Source: an uncultured Actinomycetota bacterium (GTDB taxonomy: Bacteria; Actinomycetota; Actinomycetes; JAHEKZ01). Taken from it: a stretch of DNA of 64,000 bases. This document shows positions 28,509-39,777 of the stretch, piece by piece (positions within the stretch are counted from its first letter, which is position 1; every line of letters begins with the position of its first letter). Below the pieces are notes generated by a model that had not been told where the DNA came from, made no database searches, and saw only the letters and a list, made by a program, of their open reading frames with translations. A program made the translations under genes and the position numbers. The stretch spans positions 1,184,001 through 1,248,000 of the forward strand of contig CAVQYR010000001.1 in the NCBI GenBank assembly GCA_963718235.1, given 5' to 3'.

Positions 28509-28636
28509 CCACGGCACCGCGCGGGCCACGCGCGAGCCCGGTCGCCCGGCACCCTCAGGCTTTGGCTCCTTCGGGAGCCCAGAATCGGCCTCGTCCGCGG
28601 TAACGCCGCCGGCAGGCCCGACGGGAGTAAACCCGG

Positions 28637-31243
28637 ATGCTCGACGACGAGCGCACGACCAGCACCACCGACCAGACCGACCGCCCGACCGCGACCCAGT
28701 CCGAGCCGAGCGCGACGCCACCCCCCAAGCGAACCCGGCGTCGGGCGGCCAGCCGCCCCGCGGGGCCCCCGGCTGAGGCCCCTGCCGCGCCCACCGGGGC
28801 CGCGGCCACCACCGAGGCGCCCAGACGACAGCGCACGACCAAGATCACCATGACTGACGCCCAGGCCCAGGCGGCCGACGCGGCCGCACCGGCTGCGGCC
28901 AAGGCAGCGAGCAAGCCGGCCGCGAAGGCTGCCGCCAAGACGACGGCCAAGACCACCAAGGCTGCGGCCAAGTCGCCGGAGAAGACGTCGGCCAAGACCG
29001 CCGGCAAGACCACGGCCAAGGCGGCGGCCAAGAAGACGAGCAAGGCCGCCGCGGGCGCCCTGGAGACCACCGCTGAGACCGCGACCAGCGACAAGCCCAA
29101 GCGGTCGCGCAAGAAGGCGACCGCGGCCCCCGCGTTCTCCGCCGAACCAGAGACCGCCCCGGCGGACGTGGCGGCCGGAGTGCCGGCCACCACCGCTCTG
29201 TTCCAGCCACCGGAGCCGGTGACGGCTCCGCGGCGACGTACCGCGAAGAAGGCCGCGTCGACCGCGCCGGACCTCCCCGACGCAGACGACACGGAGTCGG
29301 CCGAGTTGGACTCTGACGCGGCCGGCGAGGAGGGCGGCGAGGGCGCTGCCGAGGGTGGACGCCGCCGGCGCCGCCGCGGTGGCCGCGGCCGCCGCGGTCG
29401 TTCACGCACCGGCGAGGGTGAGTCGGCAGGCGAGGACACCGACACCGACGAACGGGCCGACGAGCCGGCCGACCAGCGCGAGCAGGCTGCCGACAGCGGC
29501 GCCGACGCGGACGACGAGGGCACCGGCACCACCCGACGTCGTCGCCGTCGTCGCCGTCGGGGTGGCGGCTCGGGCGAGGGCGACGAGCCCGGGGACGACC
29601 CGGCGCGCACCGTCGTGCACGTCCGCCAGCCCCGCAAGAAGGCGTCCGACGCCGACGGCTCGGGGATCAGCGGCGTCAAGGGGTCGACCCGCCTCGAGGC
29701 CAAGAAGCAGCGGCGCCGTGAGGGCCGCGAGCAGGGCCGCCGCCGTCCACCGGTGCTGTCCGAAGCAGAGTTCCTGGCCCGGCGTGAGTCGGTCGACCGG
29801 GTGATGGTCGTGCGCCAGGTGGAGGATCGGACCCAGATCGGCGTGCTCGAGGACGATGTGCTGGTCGAGCACTACATCGCTCGGGAGTCGACGGCGTCGA
29901 TGGCCGGGAGCGTCTACCTCGGCCGGGTGCAGAACGTGCTTCCGAGCATGGAGGCCGCCTTCGTCGACATCGGGCGTGGTCGTAACGCCGTGCTCTACGC
30001 CGGTGAGGTCAACTGGGACGCTGCTGGCCTGGACGGGCAGCCGCGCCGGATCGAGCACGCGATGAAGTCCGGCGACGCGGTCCTGGTGCAGGTCACCAAG
30101 GACCCGATCGGCCACAAGGGTGCTCGGCTCACTGCGCAGGTCTCGCTGCCCGGCCGCTACCTGGTGTACGTGCCGGACGGCTCGATGACCGGGATCAGCC
30201 GCAAGCTGCCCGACCAGGAGCGCACCCGCCTCAAGGGGATCCTCAAGCGGGTCGTTCCCGACGACGCGGGCGTGATCGTGCGCACCGCCGCGGAGGGGGC
30301 GAGCGAGGAGGAGCTCCAGCGAGACGTCAGCCGCCTCGCCGCGCAGTGGGAGGAGATCACCAAGAAGGCCAAGACGGCGCAGGCTCCGGCGGTGCTCTAC
30401 GAGGAGGCCGACCTCACGGTTCGGGTGATCCGGGACATCTTCAACGAGGACTTCGCCTCGCTGGTCGTGAGCGGTGACGGGGCCTGGCAGACGATCGAGG
30501 GGTACCTCACCCACGTGGCCCCGGACCTCGTGCCCAGGCTCAGCAAGTGGACCGAACCGGGGGACGCGTTCGCCGCCCACCGGATCGACGAGCAGCTCGC
30601 CAAGGCCCTCGACCGCAAGGTCTGGCTGCCCAGTGGGGGCTACCTCATCTTCGACCCGACCGAGGCCATGACGGTGGTCGACGTCAACACCGGCAAGTTC
30701 ACCGGCTCCGGGGGCAACCTGGAGGAGACGGTCACCAGGAACAACATCGAGGCGGCCGAGGAGATCGTCCGCCAGCTGCGCCTGCGGGACATCGGCGGGA
30801 TCATCGTCGTCGACTTCATCGACATGGTCCTGGAAGGCAACCGCGAGCTGGTCCTGCGGCGCCTGCTGGAGGCCCTCGGCCGCGACCGCACCAAGCACCA
30901 GGTGGCCGAGGTCACCTCCCTGGGCCTGGTCCAGATGACCCGCAAGCGGGTCGGGCAGGGGCTGCTCGACGCCTTCTCGACGCCCTGCGAAGCCTGCAAC
31001 GGGCGTGGTCGCCACGTCCATGCCGACCCGGTCGAGCCCAAGGGTGGGGGGCGAGGCGACGCGAAGTCGGCTCCAGCCAAGCCCGCCCGGCGCAAGCGTG
31101 GGGCCGCCAAGGCCGAGGAGGCCGAGCGGGAGGCCGCTGCTGCTGCTGCCGCCGCTGCTGCCGCTGCTGTCGCCTCGATCGCCAAGGCGTCGGCGCTGGT
31201 CGAGGTGGAGGCGCCCGAGGAGCTGGTCGCTCCGTCGGTTTGA
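28637..31243 (+). CDS. rne: Ribonuclease E/G with a long Ala/Lys/Arg-rich disordered N-terminus
   Basis: GRVQNVLPSMEAAFVDIG, DVNTG, RLRDIGGIIVVDFIDM. Confidence 0.96.
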   Translation: MLDDERTTSTTDQTDRPTATQSEPSATPPPKRTRRRAASRPAGPPAEAPAAPTGAAATTEAPRRQRTTKITMTDAQAQAADAAAPAAAKAASKPAAKAAAKTTAKTTKAAAKSPEKTSAKTAGKTTAKAAAKKTSKAAAGALETTAETATSDKPKRSRKKATAAPAFSAEPETAPADVAAGVPATTALFQPPEPVTAPRRRTAKKAASTAPDLPDADDTESAELDSDAAGEEGGEGAAEGGRRRRRRGGRGRRGRSRTGEGESAGEDTDTDERADEPADQREQAADSGADADDEGTGTTRRRRRRRRRGGGSGEGDEPGDDPARTVVHVRQPRKKASDADGSGISGVKGSTRLEAKKQRRREGREQGRRRPPVLSEAEFLARRESVDRVMVVRQVEDRTQIGVLEDDVLVEHYIARESTASMAGSVYLGRVQNVLPSMEAAFVDIGRGRNAVLYAGEVNWDAAGLDGQPRRIEHAMKSGDAVLVQVTKDPIGHKGARLTAQVSLPGRYLVYVPDGSMTGISRKLPDQERTRLKGILKRVVPDDAGVIVRTAAEGASEEELQRDVSRLAAQWEEITKKAKTAQAPAVLYEEADLTVRVIRDIFNEDFASLVVSGDGAWQTIEGYLTHVAPDLVPRLSKWTEPGDAFAAHRIDEQLAKALDRKVWLPSGGYLIFDPTEAMTVVDVNTGKFTGSGGNLEETVTRNNIEAAEEIVRQLRLRDIGGIIVVDFIDMVLEGNRELVLRRLLEALGRDRTKHQVAEVTSLGLVQMTRKRVGQGLLDAFSTPCEACNGRGRHVHADPVEPKGGGRGDAKSAPAKPARRKRGAAKAEEAEREAAAAAAAAAAAAVASIAKASALVEVEAPEELVAPSV

Positions 31244-31405
31244 CCCTTCGGCGGGGGGGTGCAGTACCCTGGGCCACGGCGCAGTCGCGCCTCGTCCCTG
31301 TGTGACGTCCCCGGTCCGACCGGGCGGCCTCGCGCGGGCGGTGATTGACCGTCGATGACCGGATCGGTGATCGGCACCCATGCAGCAGACGTGAAGGAGT
31401 CCGCG

Positions 31406-31717
31406 GTGTACGCGATCGTCCGTGCTGGCGGCCGTCAGGAGAAGGTCGCTGTCGGCGATGTCGTCCGGATCGACCAGGTCGAGGGCGCCGTCGGCTCGAC
31501 GCTGACCCTGCCCGCAGTGCTGCTGGTCAACGGCGAGACGGTCACCAGTGACCCCAAGGCGCTGGCAGCCGTGACCGTGACCGCCGAGGTCGTCGGAGCG
31601 GCCAAGGGCCCCAAGATCATCATCCACAAGTTCAAGAACAAGACCGGCTACCGCAAGCGGCAGGGCCATCGGCAGCACTACACCGAGGTCCGCGTCACCG
31701 GTATCGACGGCAAGTAG
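31406..31717 (+). CDS. rplU: 50S ribosomal protein L21
   Basis: [20 protein letters not shown]. Confidence 0.97.
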   Translation: MYAIVRAGGRQEKVAVGDVVRIDQVEGAVGSTLTLPAVLLVNGETVTSDPKALAAVTVTAEVVGAAKGPKIIIHKFKNKTGYRKRQGHRQHYTEVRVTGIDGK

Positions 31718-31735
31718 CGGCGAGGAGCAGCAGAC

Positions 31736-31990
31736 ATGGCACACAAGAAGGGCGCCTCGTCGACCCGCAACGGTCGTGACTCCAACGCCCAGCGGCTCGG
31801 CGTCAAGCGCTTCGGCGGTCAGATCGTCGGCCCGGGGGAGATCATCGTCCGCCAGCGCGGCACCCACTTCCACCCCGGAGCCAACGTCGGTCGCGGTGGC
31901 GACGACACGCTGTTCGCCCTGGCCAGCGGTGCCGTGGAGTTCGGCACCCGGCGGGGTCGCCGCGTCGTCAACGTCGTCCCGGCGGAGTGA
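31736..31990 (+). CDS. rpmA: 50S ribosomal protein L27
   Basis: [16 protein letters not shown]. Confidence 0.98.
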   Translation: MAHKKGASSTRNGRDSNAQRLGVKRFGGQIVGPGEIIVRQRGTHFHPGANVGRGGDDTLFALASGAVEFGTRRGRRVVNVVPAE

Positions 31991-32013
31991 CCGGCCGCTC
32001 ACGCACATCATGA

Positions 32014-32047
32014 ACGAAGGCGGGCTGCGACTGCGGCCCGCCTTCGT
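32014..32047 (+). terminator. Stem-loop after rpmA
   Basis: ACGAAGGCGGGC...GCCCGCCTTCGT inverted repeat. Confidence 0.7.
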
Positions 32048-32095
32048 GCATCCGCCCCCAGCTCTCCCCGCACCGTCGACCGGCAAGGACACCCC

Positions 32096-33463
32096 GTGAC
32101 CACGTTCGTCGACCGGGTCGACCTCCATCTCGAGGGCGGGCGCGGCGGCAACGGCTGTGCGTCGATCCACCGCGAGAAGTTCAAGCCGTTCGGCGGTCCG
32201 GACGGCGGCAACGGGGGAAACGGCGGCGACGTGATCATGCTCGTCGAGCCCGGCCAGACGACCTTGCTCGACTTCCACCACAACCCGTCCCGACGGGCCG
32301 GGAACGGCAAGCCCGGACAGGGTGGCCACCGCGACGGGGCCAACGGGGCCGACGTCGTCCTGTCGGTGCCGGAGGGCACGGTCGTGAAGACCCGGTCCGG
32401 TGAGGTGCTGGCCGACCTCGTCGGCGCCGGCACCCGCTGGGTGGTCGCGGCCGGCGGCAGAGGTGGGCTCGGGAACGCGGCGCTGGCCTCCACCCGACGC
32501 CGCGCCCCCGGCTTCGCCCTGCTCGGCGTCCCGGGGGACAGCCTCGACGTCGTGCTCGAGCTCAAGAGCGTCGCCGACGTCGGGCTCGTGGGGTTCCCCA
32601 GCGCGGGCAAGTCCAGCCTGGTGGCGGCGATGTCGGCGGCCCGGCCGAAGATCGCCGACTACCCGTTCACGACCCTGGTGCCCCACCTCGGGGTGGTGCA
32701 GGCGGGCTCCGTGCGGTTCACCGTCGCCGACGTCCCGGGGCTGATCCCCGGTGCGAGCCAGGGCAAGGGGCTCGGGCATGAGTTCCTGCGGCACGTCGAG
32801 CGCTGCGCGGTGCTGGTGCAGGTGCTGGACTGCGCCACCCTGGAACCGGGGCGTGACCCGGTGAGCGACCTCGACGTCATCGAGGCCGAGCTGGCGGCCT
32901 ACGGGGGGCTGGCCGACCGGCCGCGGCTGGTCGCCCTGAACAAGACCGACGTGCCCGAGGGGCGCGAGCTGGCCGAGCTCGTGCGTCCGATCCTGCAGGA
33001 GCGCGGGCTTGAGGTCTTCGACGTGTCGGCGGTCAGCCATGAGGGGTTGCGCCCCCTGGAGTTCGCCATGGCCGAGCTCGTGACCCGACACCGCAGCTCG
33101 CTCCCAGCCCCGGACTCCGAGCGGATCGTGCTGCGGCCGCGCCCCGTCGACGAGGCCGGGTTCACCGTGACCGCGGGAGCCGACCGGTTCGTGGTCCGTG
33201 GCGCCAAGCCGGAGCGCTGGGTGCGCCAGACCGACTTCGGCAACGACGAGGCCGTCGGCTACCTGGCCGACCGGCTCGCTCGGCTCGGGATCGAGGAGGC
33301 CCTGGTCGACGCCGGCGCGGAGCCAGGCGACGAGGTCGTCATCGGTGACGGCGACGACGCCGTCGTGTTCGACTTCGCCCCTCAGCTCGACGCCGGGGCC
33401 GAGGTGCTGCTCGGCCGAAGGGGCACCGACCTGCGCCTGGAGGCGTGGGAGCGCGAGCAGTGA
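32096..33463 (+). CDS. obgE: GTPase ObgE
   Basis: Gly-rich Obg fold, [21 protein letters not shown]. Confidence 0.97.
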   Translation: MTTFVDRVDLHLEGGRGGNGCASIHREKFKPFGGPDGGNGGNGGDVIMLVEPGQTTLLDFHHNPSRRAGNGKPGQGGHRDGANGADVVLSVPEGTVVKTRSGEVLADLVGAGTRWVVAAGGRGGLGNAALASTRRRAPGFALLGVPGDSLDVVLELKSVADVGLVGFPSAGKSSLVAAMSAARPKIADYPFTTLVPHLGVVQAGSVRFTVADVPGLIPGASQGKGLGHEFLRHVERCAVLVQVLDCATLEPGRDPVSDLDVIEAELAAYGGLADRPRLVALNKTDVPEGRELAELVRPILQERGLEVFDVSAVSHEGLRPLEFAMAELVTRHRSSLPAPDSERIVLRPRPVDEAGFTVTAGADRFVVRGAKPERWVRQTDFGNDEAVGYLADRLARLGIEEALVDAGAEPGDEVVIGDGDDAVVFDFAPQLDAGAEVLLGRRGTDLRLEAWEREQ

Positions 33464-34575
33464 GCCGGTCCCAGGCTCGACGGGTCGTGGTGAAGGTCGG
33501 CTCGTCGTCGATCACCGACGCCGCGAACGGCCTCGACGGCGCGCGGGTCGAGGCACTGGTGGCCGCCCTGGCCGAGCACCGCCACGCCGGAGCGGAGATC
33601 GTCCTGGTCTCTTCCGGAGCGATCGCCGCCGGGCTCGAGCCGCTGCAGCTGAAGCGGCGTCCCCGCGACCTGGCCACCCAGCAGGCCGCGGCCAGCGTGG
33701 GTCAGGGCCTGCTCATGCACCGCTACACCGAGGCCTTCGCCGCCCGGCAGGTCCAGGTCGGCCAGGTGCTGCTGACCGCCGACGACGTCGTCCGACGCTC
33801 GCACTACCGCAACGCCCAGCGCACGCTGTACCGACTGCTCGAGCTGGGTGTCCTTCCGGTCGTCAACGAGAACGACACGGTCGCGACCGACGAGATCCGC
33901 TTCGGTGACAACGACCGGCTGGCGGCACTGGTCGCCCACCTCGTGCACGCCGACCTGCTGCTGCTCCTGTCCGACGTCGACGGTCTGTACGACGGTGACC
34001 CGCGCCGAGCAGGCGCCCGGCGGATCACCCGGGTCGACCGCGAGTCCGACCTGGCCGGAGTCGTGCTCGGGCGCAGTGGGGGTTCTGGCGTCGGCACCGG
34101 TGGCATGGCCACCAAGGTTGACGCGGCACGGATCGCCACGGGTGCCGGCGTTCCGGTCGTCCTCGCTGCCGCCGAACAGGCCGGGAACGCCCTGGCAGGT
34201 GCGTCGGTGGGCACGTACTTCGCGGCCACGCGTCGCCGGACCCCGACCCGGCTGCTGTGGCTCGCGCACGCGGCCACCACGCACGGCTCGCTGGTGCTGG
34301 ACGCCGGGGCAGTGACCGCGGTCGTCGAGCGTCGCGCCTCCCTGCTGCCCGCCGGCGTGGTGGGGGTGGAGGGCACCTTCGTGGCTGGGGATCCGATCGA
34401 CCTTCTCACCGAAAACGGTCACGTCGTGGCCCGTGGACTGGTCAACTTTGACGCGACGGAACTGCCGGAGCTCTTGGGCCGCTCGACCCGAGACCTCGCT
34501 CGCGAGCGAGGAACGGCCTACGAGCGTGAGGTCGTCCACCGCGACGACCTGATCGTGCTCGACGACCGCCGCTGA
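33460..34575 (+). CDS. proB: Glutamate 5-kinase
   Basis: VVKVGSS, NENDTV, FGDNDRL, TGGMATK; PUA domain. Confidence 0.97.
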   Translation: MSRSQARRVVVKVGSSSITDAANGLDGARVEALVAALAEHRHAGAEIVLVSSGAIAAGLEPLQLKRRPRDLATQQAAASVGQGLLMHRYTEAFAARQVQVGQVLLTADDVVRRSHYRNAQRTLYRLLELGVLPVVNENDTVATDEIRFGDNDRLAALVAHLVHADLLLLLSDVDGLYDGDPRRAGARRITRVDRESDLAGVVLGRSGGSGVGTGGMATKVDAARIATGAGVPVVLAAAEQAGNALAGASVGTYFAATRRRTPTRLLWLAHAATTHGSLVLDAGAVTAVVERRASLLPAGVVGVEGTFVAGDPIDLLTENGHVVARGLVNFDATELPELLGRSTRDLARERGTAYEREVVHRDDLIVLDDRR

Positions 34576-34586
34576 GAGGAGTCGAC

Positions 34587-34964
34587 GTGAGCGTGTCCCC
34601 ACCCGCCGTCCTGCCCTCGGCCCGTCGGCTGTGGCACGTCACGGTGACCCTTGCGGGGGAGCCCGTCTCGGTCGCGGAGGTGCGGGCCGCGCTCGGCCGC
34701 TTCGCCGACCGGCACCAGTTCCTCCTGTCGGGGCGCTACGCCAGCGACCGGGCCGAGATCAGGTACTGGGAGGAGGGGGCGCACATGCGTGACACGGCTG
34801 CCCGCGCGCTGCTGCTGTGGGACGACCATGCCGACGTCGCCGCGCTCCCTCCGTGGGAGGTCGTCGGGCTCGAGGTCGTCGACCAGGAGACCTTCCAGAC
34901 CCGGGGGCGAGCCGGTGAGCTGCTCGTCACCTCGGTGGGCTCGGGCGACCTGCGCCCGTTCTGA
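34587..34964 (+). CDS. Conserved actinobacterial hypothetical protein between proB and proA
   Basis: LWHVTVTLAG...AEIRYWEE...LPPWEVVGLEVVD; RBS present. Confidence 0.75.
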   Translation: MSVSPPAVLPSARRLWHVTVTLAGEPVSVAEVRAALGRFADRHQFLLSGRYASDRAEIRYWEEGAHMRDTAARALLLWDDHADVAALPPWEVVGLEVVDQETFQTRGRAGELLVTSVGSGDLRPF

Positions 34965-34991
34965 ACGGCGCCCGACCCGTACCCTTGACAG

Positions 34992-36287
34992 ATGGTTGAC
35001 CTCGCTGCGCCCCCCACGACCGACGAGCGTGCGGCCGTGCTGTCGGTGGCCCGCCGGGCCAACGCGGCAGCCGCGGTGCTCGCCCCGCTGTCCCGCTCGG
35101 CCAAGGACGCCGCCCTGCACGCCGTGGCCGATGCCCTGACCGGCGCCCTCGACGTCGTCCTCGCGGCCAACGCCCTCGATGTCGAGGCGGCTCGCGCCTC
35201 GGGCACCACCGCGGGTCTTGTCGACCGGCTGACCCTGACCGCCCCTCGCCTGCAGGCGATCGCCGACGCGGTCCGTGAGGTAGCCGAGCTCCCGGACCCG
35301 GTGGGTGAGGTCATCCGCGGATACACGCTGCCCAACGGGCTGCAGGTACGCCAGCTGCGCGTGCCGCTCGGCGTCGTCGGGATCATCTACGAAGCGCGCC
35401 CGAACGTCACGGTCGATGCGGCCGCGCTTGGGCTGAAGTCGGGCAACGCGGTGCTGCTCCGGGGGTCGGCCTCGGCGCGGCACTCCAACCACGCGCTCGT
35501 CTCGGTGATGCAGCAGGCCCTGGTGGCCTCCGGGCTGCCCGGAGACTGCATTCAGCTCGTCCCAGGGGTCAGCCACGAGTCGGTCAAGCACCTGATGACC
35601 GCAAGGGGACTCGTCGACGTGCTGATCCCCCGAGGGGGAGCCGGGCTGATCGCCTCGGTGGTCGAGGGATCGACGGTCCCGGTGATCGAGACCGGTGTGG
35701 GCAACTGCCACGTCTACCTCGACGCCGACGCCGACATCGACATGGCCGTGTCGATCGTGGTCAACGCCAAGTGCCAGCGCCCCAGTGTCTGTAACGCCGC
35801 CGAGACGCTGCTCGTCCACGCCGACCTCGCCGACGCGGTGCTGCCGAGCCTGCTCGCCGCACTCAGGGACGCCGGGGTCACCGTGCACGCCGATGCGCGC
35901 ATGGAGCCGTACTGCACCGAGGCCGGGGTGCCCCACGTGCCCGTGACCGACGACGACTGGGCGGCGGAGTACTACTCCCTCGACCTCGCCGCGGGGGTCG
36001 TCGACTCGATCGACGACGCGGTCGCCCACATCCGGCGCTGGTCGACCGGGCACACCGAGGCGATCGTCACCGACAGCGTCAGCGCGGCACAGCATTTCGT
36101 CGCCCAGGTCGACGCGGCCGCGGTGATGGTCAACGCGTCCACCCGGTTCACCGACGGCGGGGAGTTCGGGTTCGGCGCCGAGATCGGGATCTCCACCCAG
36201 AAGCTGCATGCCCGAGGGCCGATGGGCCTGCAGGAGCTCACCTCGACCAAGTACGTCGTCGTGGGCGAGGGACACGTCCGAAGCTGA
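34992..36287 (+). CDS. proA: Gamma-glutamyl phosphate reductase
   Basis: [38 protein letters not shown]. Confidence 0.97.
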   Translation: MVDLAAPPTTDERAAVLSVARRANAAAAVLAPLSRSAKDAALHAVADALTGALDVVLAANALDVEAARASGTTAGLVDRLTLTAPRLQAIADAVREVAELPDPVGEVIRGYTLPNGLQVRQLRVPLGVVGIIYEARPNVTVDAAALGLKSGNAVLLRGSASARHSNHALVSVMQQALVASGLPGDCIQLVPGVSHESVKHLMTARGLVDVLIPRGGAGLIASVVEGSTVPVIETGVGNCHVYLDADADIDMAVSIVVNAKCQRPSVCNAAETLLVHADLADAVLPSLLAALRDAGVTVHADARMEPYCTEAGVPHVPVTDDDWAAEYYSLDLAAGVVDSIDDAVAHIRRWSTGHTEAIVTDSVSAAQHFVAQVDAAAVMVNASTRFTDGGEFGFGAEIGISTQKLHARGPMGLQELTSTKYVVVGEGHVRS

Positions 36288-36373
36288 CGGCCGGCCGCTA
36301 GGCTGGCCTCCGTCCTGTCAGGCCGGTCCTCGGGCCGGCCGTCCGTCCTGCCAGATGCTGTCGAGGTGCGTCG

Positions 36374-36514
36374 ATGTCGTGGATCCAGATGGCGTCCGAA
36401 GTCGTCGAGGAGGAGGTCTCCGGCCTGCCGATGGCGATCGGGCTCGGGGTCACCGCCTTCGTGGTGTTCGCAGTGCTGCTGTTCGCCGTCACCCGGCTGA
36501 ACTCCGACCGCTGA
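36374..36514 (+). CDS. Small single-pass membrane protein (46 aa), not in the ORF track
   Basis: GAGGTG RBS; [46 protein letters not shown]; stops 7 nt before nadD. Confidence 0.7.
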   Translation: MSWIQMASEVVEEEVSGLPMAIGLGVTAFVVFAVLLFAVTRLNSDR

Positions 36515-36521
36515 GCCAGCG

Positions 36522-37133
36522 GTGACCCGCCGCCGACTCGGGGTGATGGGCGGCACGTTCGACCCAGTCCACCAGGGCCACCTCGTCGCTGCCAACGAGG
36601 TGGCGTCACTGTTCCTGCTCGACGAGGTGGTCTTCGTCCCCACGGGTGCCCCGTGGCAGAAGACCGAGCGACACGTCACGCCCGCAGAGGACCGCTACCT
36701 GATGACCGTGATCGCCACAGCGTCCAACCCCCGGTTCTCGGTGAGCCGGGTCGATGTCGACCGCGGAGGACCCACTTACACCACCGACACCCTGCGCGAC
36801 CTCCGCCGCGAGCGAGGCGACGACGTCGAGCTCTACTTCATCACCGGTGCCGATGCCCTGGGGCAGATCCTCGGCTGGCGCGAAGCCGACCAGCTGTTCG
36901 AGCTCGCCCACTTCGTCGGTGTCACCCGACCCGGACACCACCTGTCCGACGCCGGCCTGCCCGAGGGTCGGGTGAGCCTGGTCGAGGTTCCCGCGCTGGC
37001 CATCTCCTCGACCGATGTGCGCGAGCGGGTCGAGACCCACCGCCCGGTGTGGTACCTGGTGCCCGACGGCGTGGTCCAGTACATCGCCAAACGGGGTCTG
37101 TACCGCACGGCCGCCAACGAGGGCGCCCGGTGA
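36522..37133 (+). CDS. nadD: Nicotinate-nucleotide adenylyltransferase
   Basis: [26 protein letters not shown]. Confidence 0.96.
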   Translation: MTRRRLGVMGGTFDPVHQGHLVAANEVASLFLLDEVVFVPTGAPWQKTERHVTPAEDRYLMTVIATASNPRFSVSRVDVDRGGPTYTTDTLRDLRRERGDDVELYFITGADALGQILGWREADQLFELAHFVGVTRPGHHLSDAGLPEGRVSLVEVPALAISSTDVRERVETHRPVWYLVPDGVVQYIAKRGLYRTAANEGAR

Positions 37134-37262
37134 GCGGGCGCCGTCGGCGTCAGCCGAACCGCGACGCGTCGCGGGTCGCGGCGAGCCCGGTCACCGCGGA
37201 CCCCGCCGGCCCGACTCCCGACCCGAGCTCCCGACCCGAGTCCCGACCCGACTCCGGTCCCG

Positions 37263-38465
37263 GTGGCGAGTCGGCGGGACCGACGCGCGCAGAAGCGAAC
37301 AGCCTCGAGGCGGCGCTGGCTCCCCCTCGTCGCGGTCGCAGCGGTGCTCGCCGTCGTGGCTGCTCTCGTGCTCGTGGTGCCGGTGCTGTTCGGCGACGAC
37401 GACGTCGCCCCTTCGCCGACACCCCCGGCTCGGACCCAGCAGACGATGGTGATGATGCTCGCCGGCGAGTACAGCTCCTCGTTCGCCTCAGCTCTCATGG
37501 CGGCCGATCCGGCCGCCGACGACGGCTCGGTGGTCCTGGTGCCGTCGTCGCTGCTGGTCGACGGTCCCAGCCCGGAGGCGATCCGGTTCGGCTCGACGGT
37601 GCGGTACCCGGACCCCAACGCGCCGGCGGTGGCGTTGGAGGACACCTTGGCCGTCGTGATCGACGCGACGTGGCGACTGTCCCCGATGGGGTTGGCCCAG
37701 CTGGTCGACGCGGTCGGTGGGGTCAGCGTCAGCGTCGAAGACGACGTAATCCTCACCCGTCGCGACGGCACGAGGGAGGTCGTCGTCCCCGGTGGCACCA
37801 CCCAGCTCAGCGGGACGCAGGCGGCGGCCTACTCGGCGGTGCTCCCGACGGGGGAGGAGGAGGCCTCGCGGCTCGCGCACTTCAACGCGGTCCTGTTCGC
37901 CCTCATCCCCGAGCTGCCCAGTGACCAGGCCGAGCTGGAGTCGTTGCTCAAGGGACTGGGCCGGGAGTCCGCCGTGACCACCGGTGTCCCCTGGCTGGCC
38001 AGCTTCTTGCTGGCCGAGCAGTCGGCCATGGACGCCGGGAACGTCACCGCGACCACCCTGCCCGTCGACTCGATCGACGTCGGGTCGCCGCAGGCGGTGT
38101 ACGCCGTCGACCAGGAGGCGGCGGAGACGTTGATGGCGGCGTCGTTCGCCGGGTCCAGGCCGCCGGGAGGGGCCGACCGGCTCAGCGTGCTCGCCCAGAA
38201 CGGGGTCGGTCGCCCCGGTCTCGTGGAGTCGGCGGGGGAGAAGCTGCGCGACGCCGGCTACGCGTTCGTCAACGGCGGCAACGCCAACCGGTTCGGCTAT
38301 GCCAAGACCGTGATCGTGGTCCCGGACACCACCGACGAGTCGCTGGCCAACGGACGAGCGATCGCCGACGTGCTCGGAGTCCCCGCCTCGGCGGTGCAGG
38401 TCGCGGCGGAGGGCCAGTCCGTCGCCGACGTCGTCGTGATCATCGGGGCCGACTACGAGGCGTGA
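37263..38465 (+). CDS. LCP-like membrane protein with a LytR C-terminal domain
   Basis: N-terminal TM, LVDAVGGV, and C-terminal VLAQNGVGRPGL...DVVVIIGADY. Confidence 0.85.
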   Translation: MASRRDRRAQKRTASRRRWLPLVAVAAVLAVVAALVLVVPVLFGDDDVAPSPTPPARTQQTMVMMLAGEYSSSFASALMAADPAADDGSVVLVPSSLLVDGPSPEAIRFGSTVRYPDPNAPAVALEDTLAVVIDATWRLSPMGLAQLVDAVGGVSVSVEDDVILTRRDGTREVVVPGGTTQLSGTQAAAYSAVLPTGEEEASRLAHFNAVLFALIPELPSDQAELESLLKGLGRESAVTTGVPWLASFLLAEQSAMDAGNVTATTLPVDSIDVGSPQAVYAVDQEAAETLMAASFAGSRPPGGADRLSVLAQNGVGRPGLVESAGEKLRDAGYAFVNGGNANRFGYAKTVIVVPDTTDESLANGRAIADVLGVPASAVQVAAEGQSVADVVVIIGADYEA

Positions 38466-38540
38466 GAGGCTGGGAGTGCTCGAACGCGACCCCCGAGCGA
38501 CCCAGACGACCAAGCCGATCGAACCGACCCAGACGAGACG

Positions 38541-38927
38541 ATGACTGCCACTGCTGAGACCGTGACCTTGACCGAGGCGGCCGCATCAGCGGCCGCGGAC
38601 AAGCTGGCGCGAGACATCATCGCCTTCGACGTGAGCGAGCAGCTGGCCATCGCTGATGTCTTCCTGCTGTGCTCGGCGGCCAACGAGCGGCAGGTGCAGG
38701 CGGTCGTCGATGCGGTGGAGGAGCGGCTGCGCGAGCTGGGCGCCAAACCCGTGCGGCGCGAGGGCGAACGCGATGCACGCTGGGTCCTGCTCGACTACCT
38801 CGACCTCGTGGTTCACGTGCAGCAGGAGGACGAGCGGGCGTTCTACAGCCTGGAACGGCTGTGGAAGGACTGTCCGGTCGTCCCCCTGTCGGTCCAGCGG
38901 GTCGACGACGCCGAGGTGTCGTCCTGA
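38541..38927 (+). CDS. rsfS: Ribosome silencing factor
   Basis: NERQVQAVVD, WVLLDY, FYSLERLWKDCP. Confidence 0.95.
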   Translation: MTATAETVTLTEAAASAAADKLARDIIAFDVSEQLAIADVFLLCSAANERQVQAVVDAVEERLRELGAKPVRREGERDARWVLLDYLDLVVHVQQEDERAFYSLERLWKDCPVVPLSVQRVDDAEVSS

Positions 38928-38938
38928 CCGGTCGCCGG

Positions 38939-39559
38939 GTGCTGCTGTGGCGTCACGGCCGCACCCAGTGGAACGACGAGGACCGGTTCCAGGGGCATCT
39001 CGACATCCCCCTGGACGACGTGGGACACGCGCAGGCCCGGGCCGCCGCTTCGGTGCTGGCTGCGCTCACCCCTGCTGCGCTGGTCGCCAGTGATCTGCAA
39101 CGCGCCACCGAGACGGCGGTCTACCTGGCCACGCTGACCGGGCTCGACGTGCAGGTCGACGTCCGGCTCCGGGAGACCGACGGAGGCACCTGGCAGGGCC
39201 GGCTGGGCGCGGAGCTGAGGGCTGATGACGGCGAGCGGTACCTGGCCTGGAGGTCCGGCGCCGACGTCGCGGCGGGAGGAGCCGAGACCAGGTCACAGCT
39301 CGCCGACCGGGCTACTGCGGCGATCTCCGACGCCCTGGCCGGCGTCGCACCCGGTGGCCTGCTCGTGGTCGCCACCCACGGGGGGACGGCCAGGGCTTCG
39401 CTGGGGCGGCTGCTGGACCTCCCGACGAAGCAGTGGCGGATCCTCGGCGGGATCGCGAACGCCTGCTGGTCGGTGCTCGAGGAGGGTTCTTCGGGGTGGC
39501 GCCTGGTCGAGCACAACGCGGGCAGCCCGCCGACCCGGGTGGTGGGCGACGACCGCTGA
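38939..39559 (+). CDS. Histidine phosphatase family protein
   Basis: WRHGRT, SDLQRATET, ATHGG. Start uncertain. Confidence 0.9.
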   Translation: MLLWRHGRTQWNDEDRFQGHLDIPLDDVGHAQARAAASVLAALTPAALVASDLQRATETAVYLATLTGLDVQVDVRLRETDGGTWQGRLGAELRADDGERYLAWRSGADVAAGGAETRSQLADRATAAISDALAGVAPGGLLVVATHGGTARASLGRLLDLPTKQWRILGGIANACWSVLEEGSSGWRLVEHNAGSPPTRVVGDDR

Positions 39560-39620
39560 CCCGGCGATTCGGCCGGGTCGCCGACGACGGCTACACTGGC
39601 CGCTGCCCTGCGGGGCACCT

Positions 39621-39696
39621 GGGGCTATGGCGCAGCTGGTAGCGCGTCTGCATGGCATGCAGAAGGTCAGGGGTTCGAGTCCCCTTAGCTCCACCA
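39621..39696 (+). tRNA. tRNA-Ala (GGC)
   Basis: GGGGCTATGGCGCAGCTGG...TCTGC-ATGGCAT-GCAGA...GTTCGAGTCCCCTTAGCTCCACCA. Confidence 0.96.
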
Positions 39697-39777
39697 GCGA
39701 CCGAGGCGAGCAGAGCACTGCGAGCAAGGCAACCAGGTCTTGCGTCCTCGCGGGAGCACAGGGGGAGTGCTGCACCA

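Noticed and set aside
28850-29120. Repetitive GCCAAG-rich DNA (AAKTTAK)
   Set aside because: Low-complexity coding sequence in the disordered RNase E N-terminus, common in Actinobacteria.
29402-33091. 1229-aa minus-strand ORF, and similar long antisense ORFs (e.g. 25765-27759, 53188-55206)
   Set aside because: These are shadow ORFs opposite well-recognised genes, typical of high-GC DNA, with no recognisable motifs.
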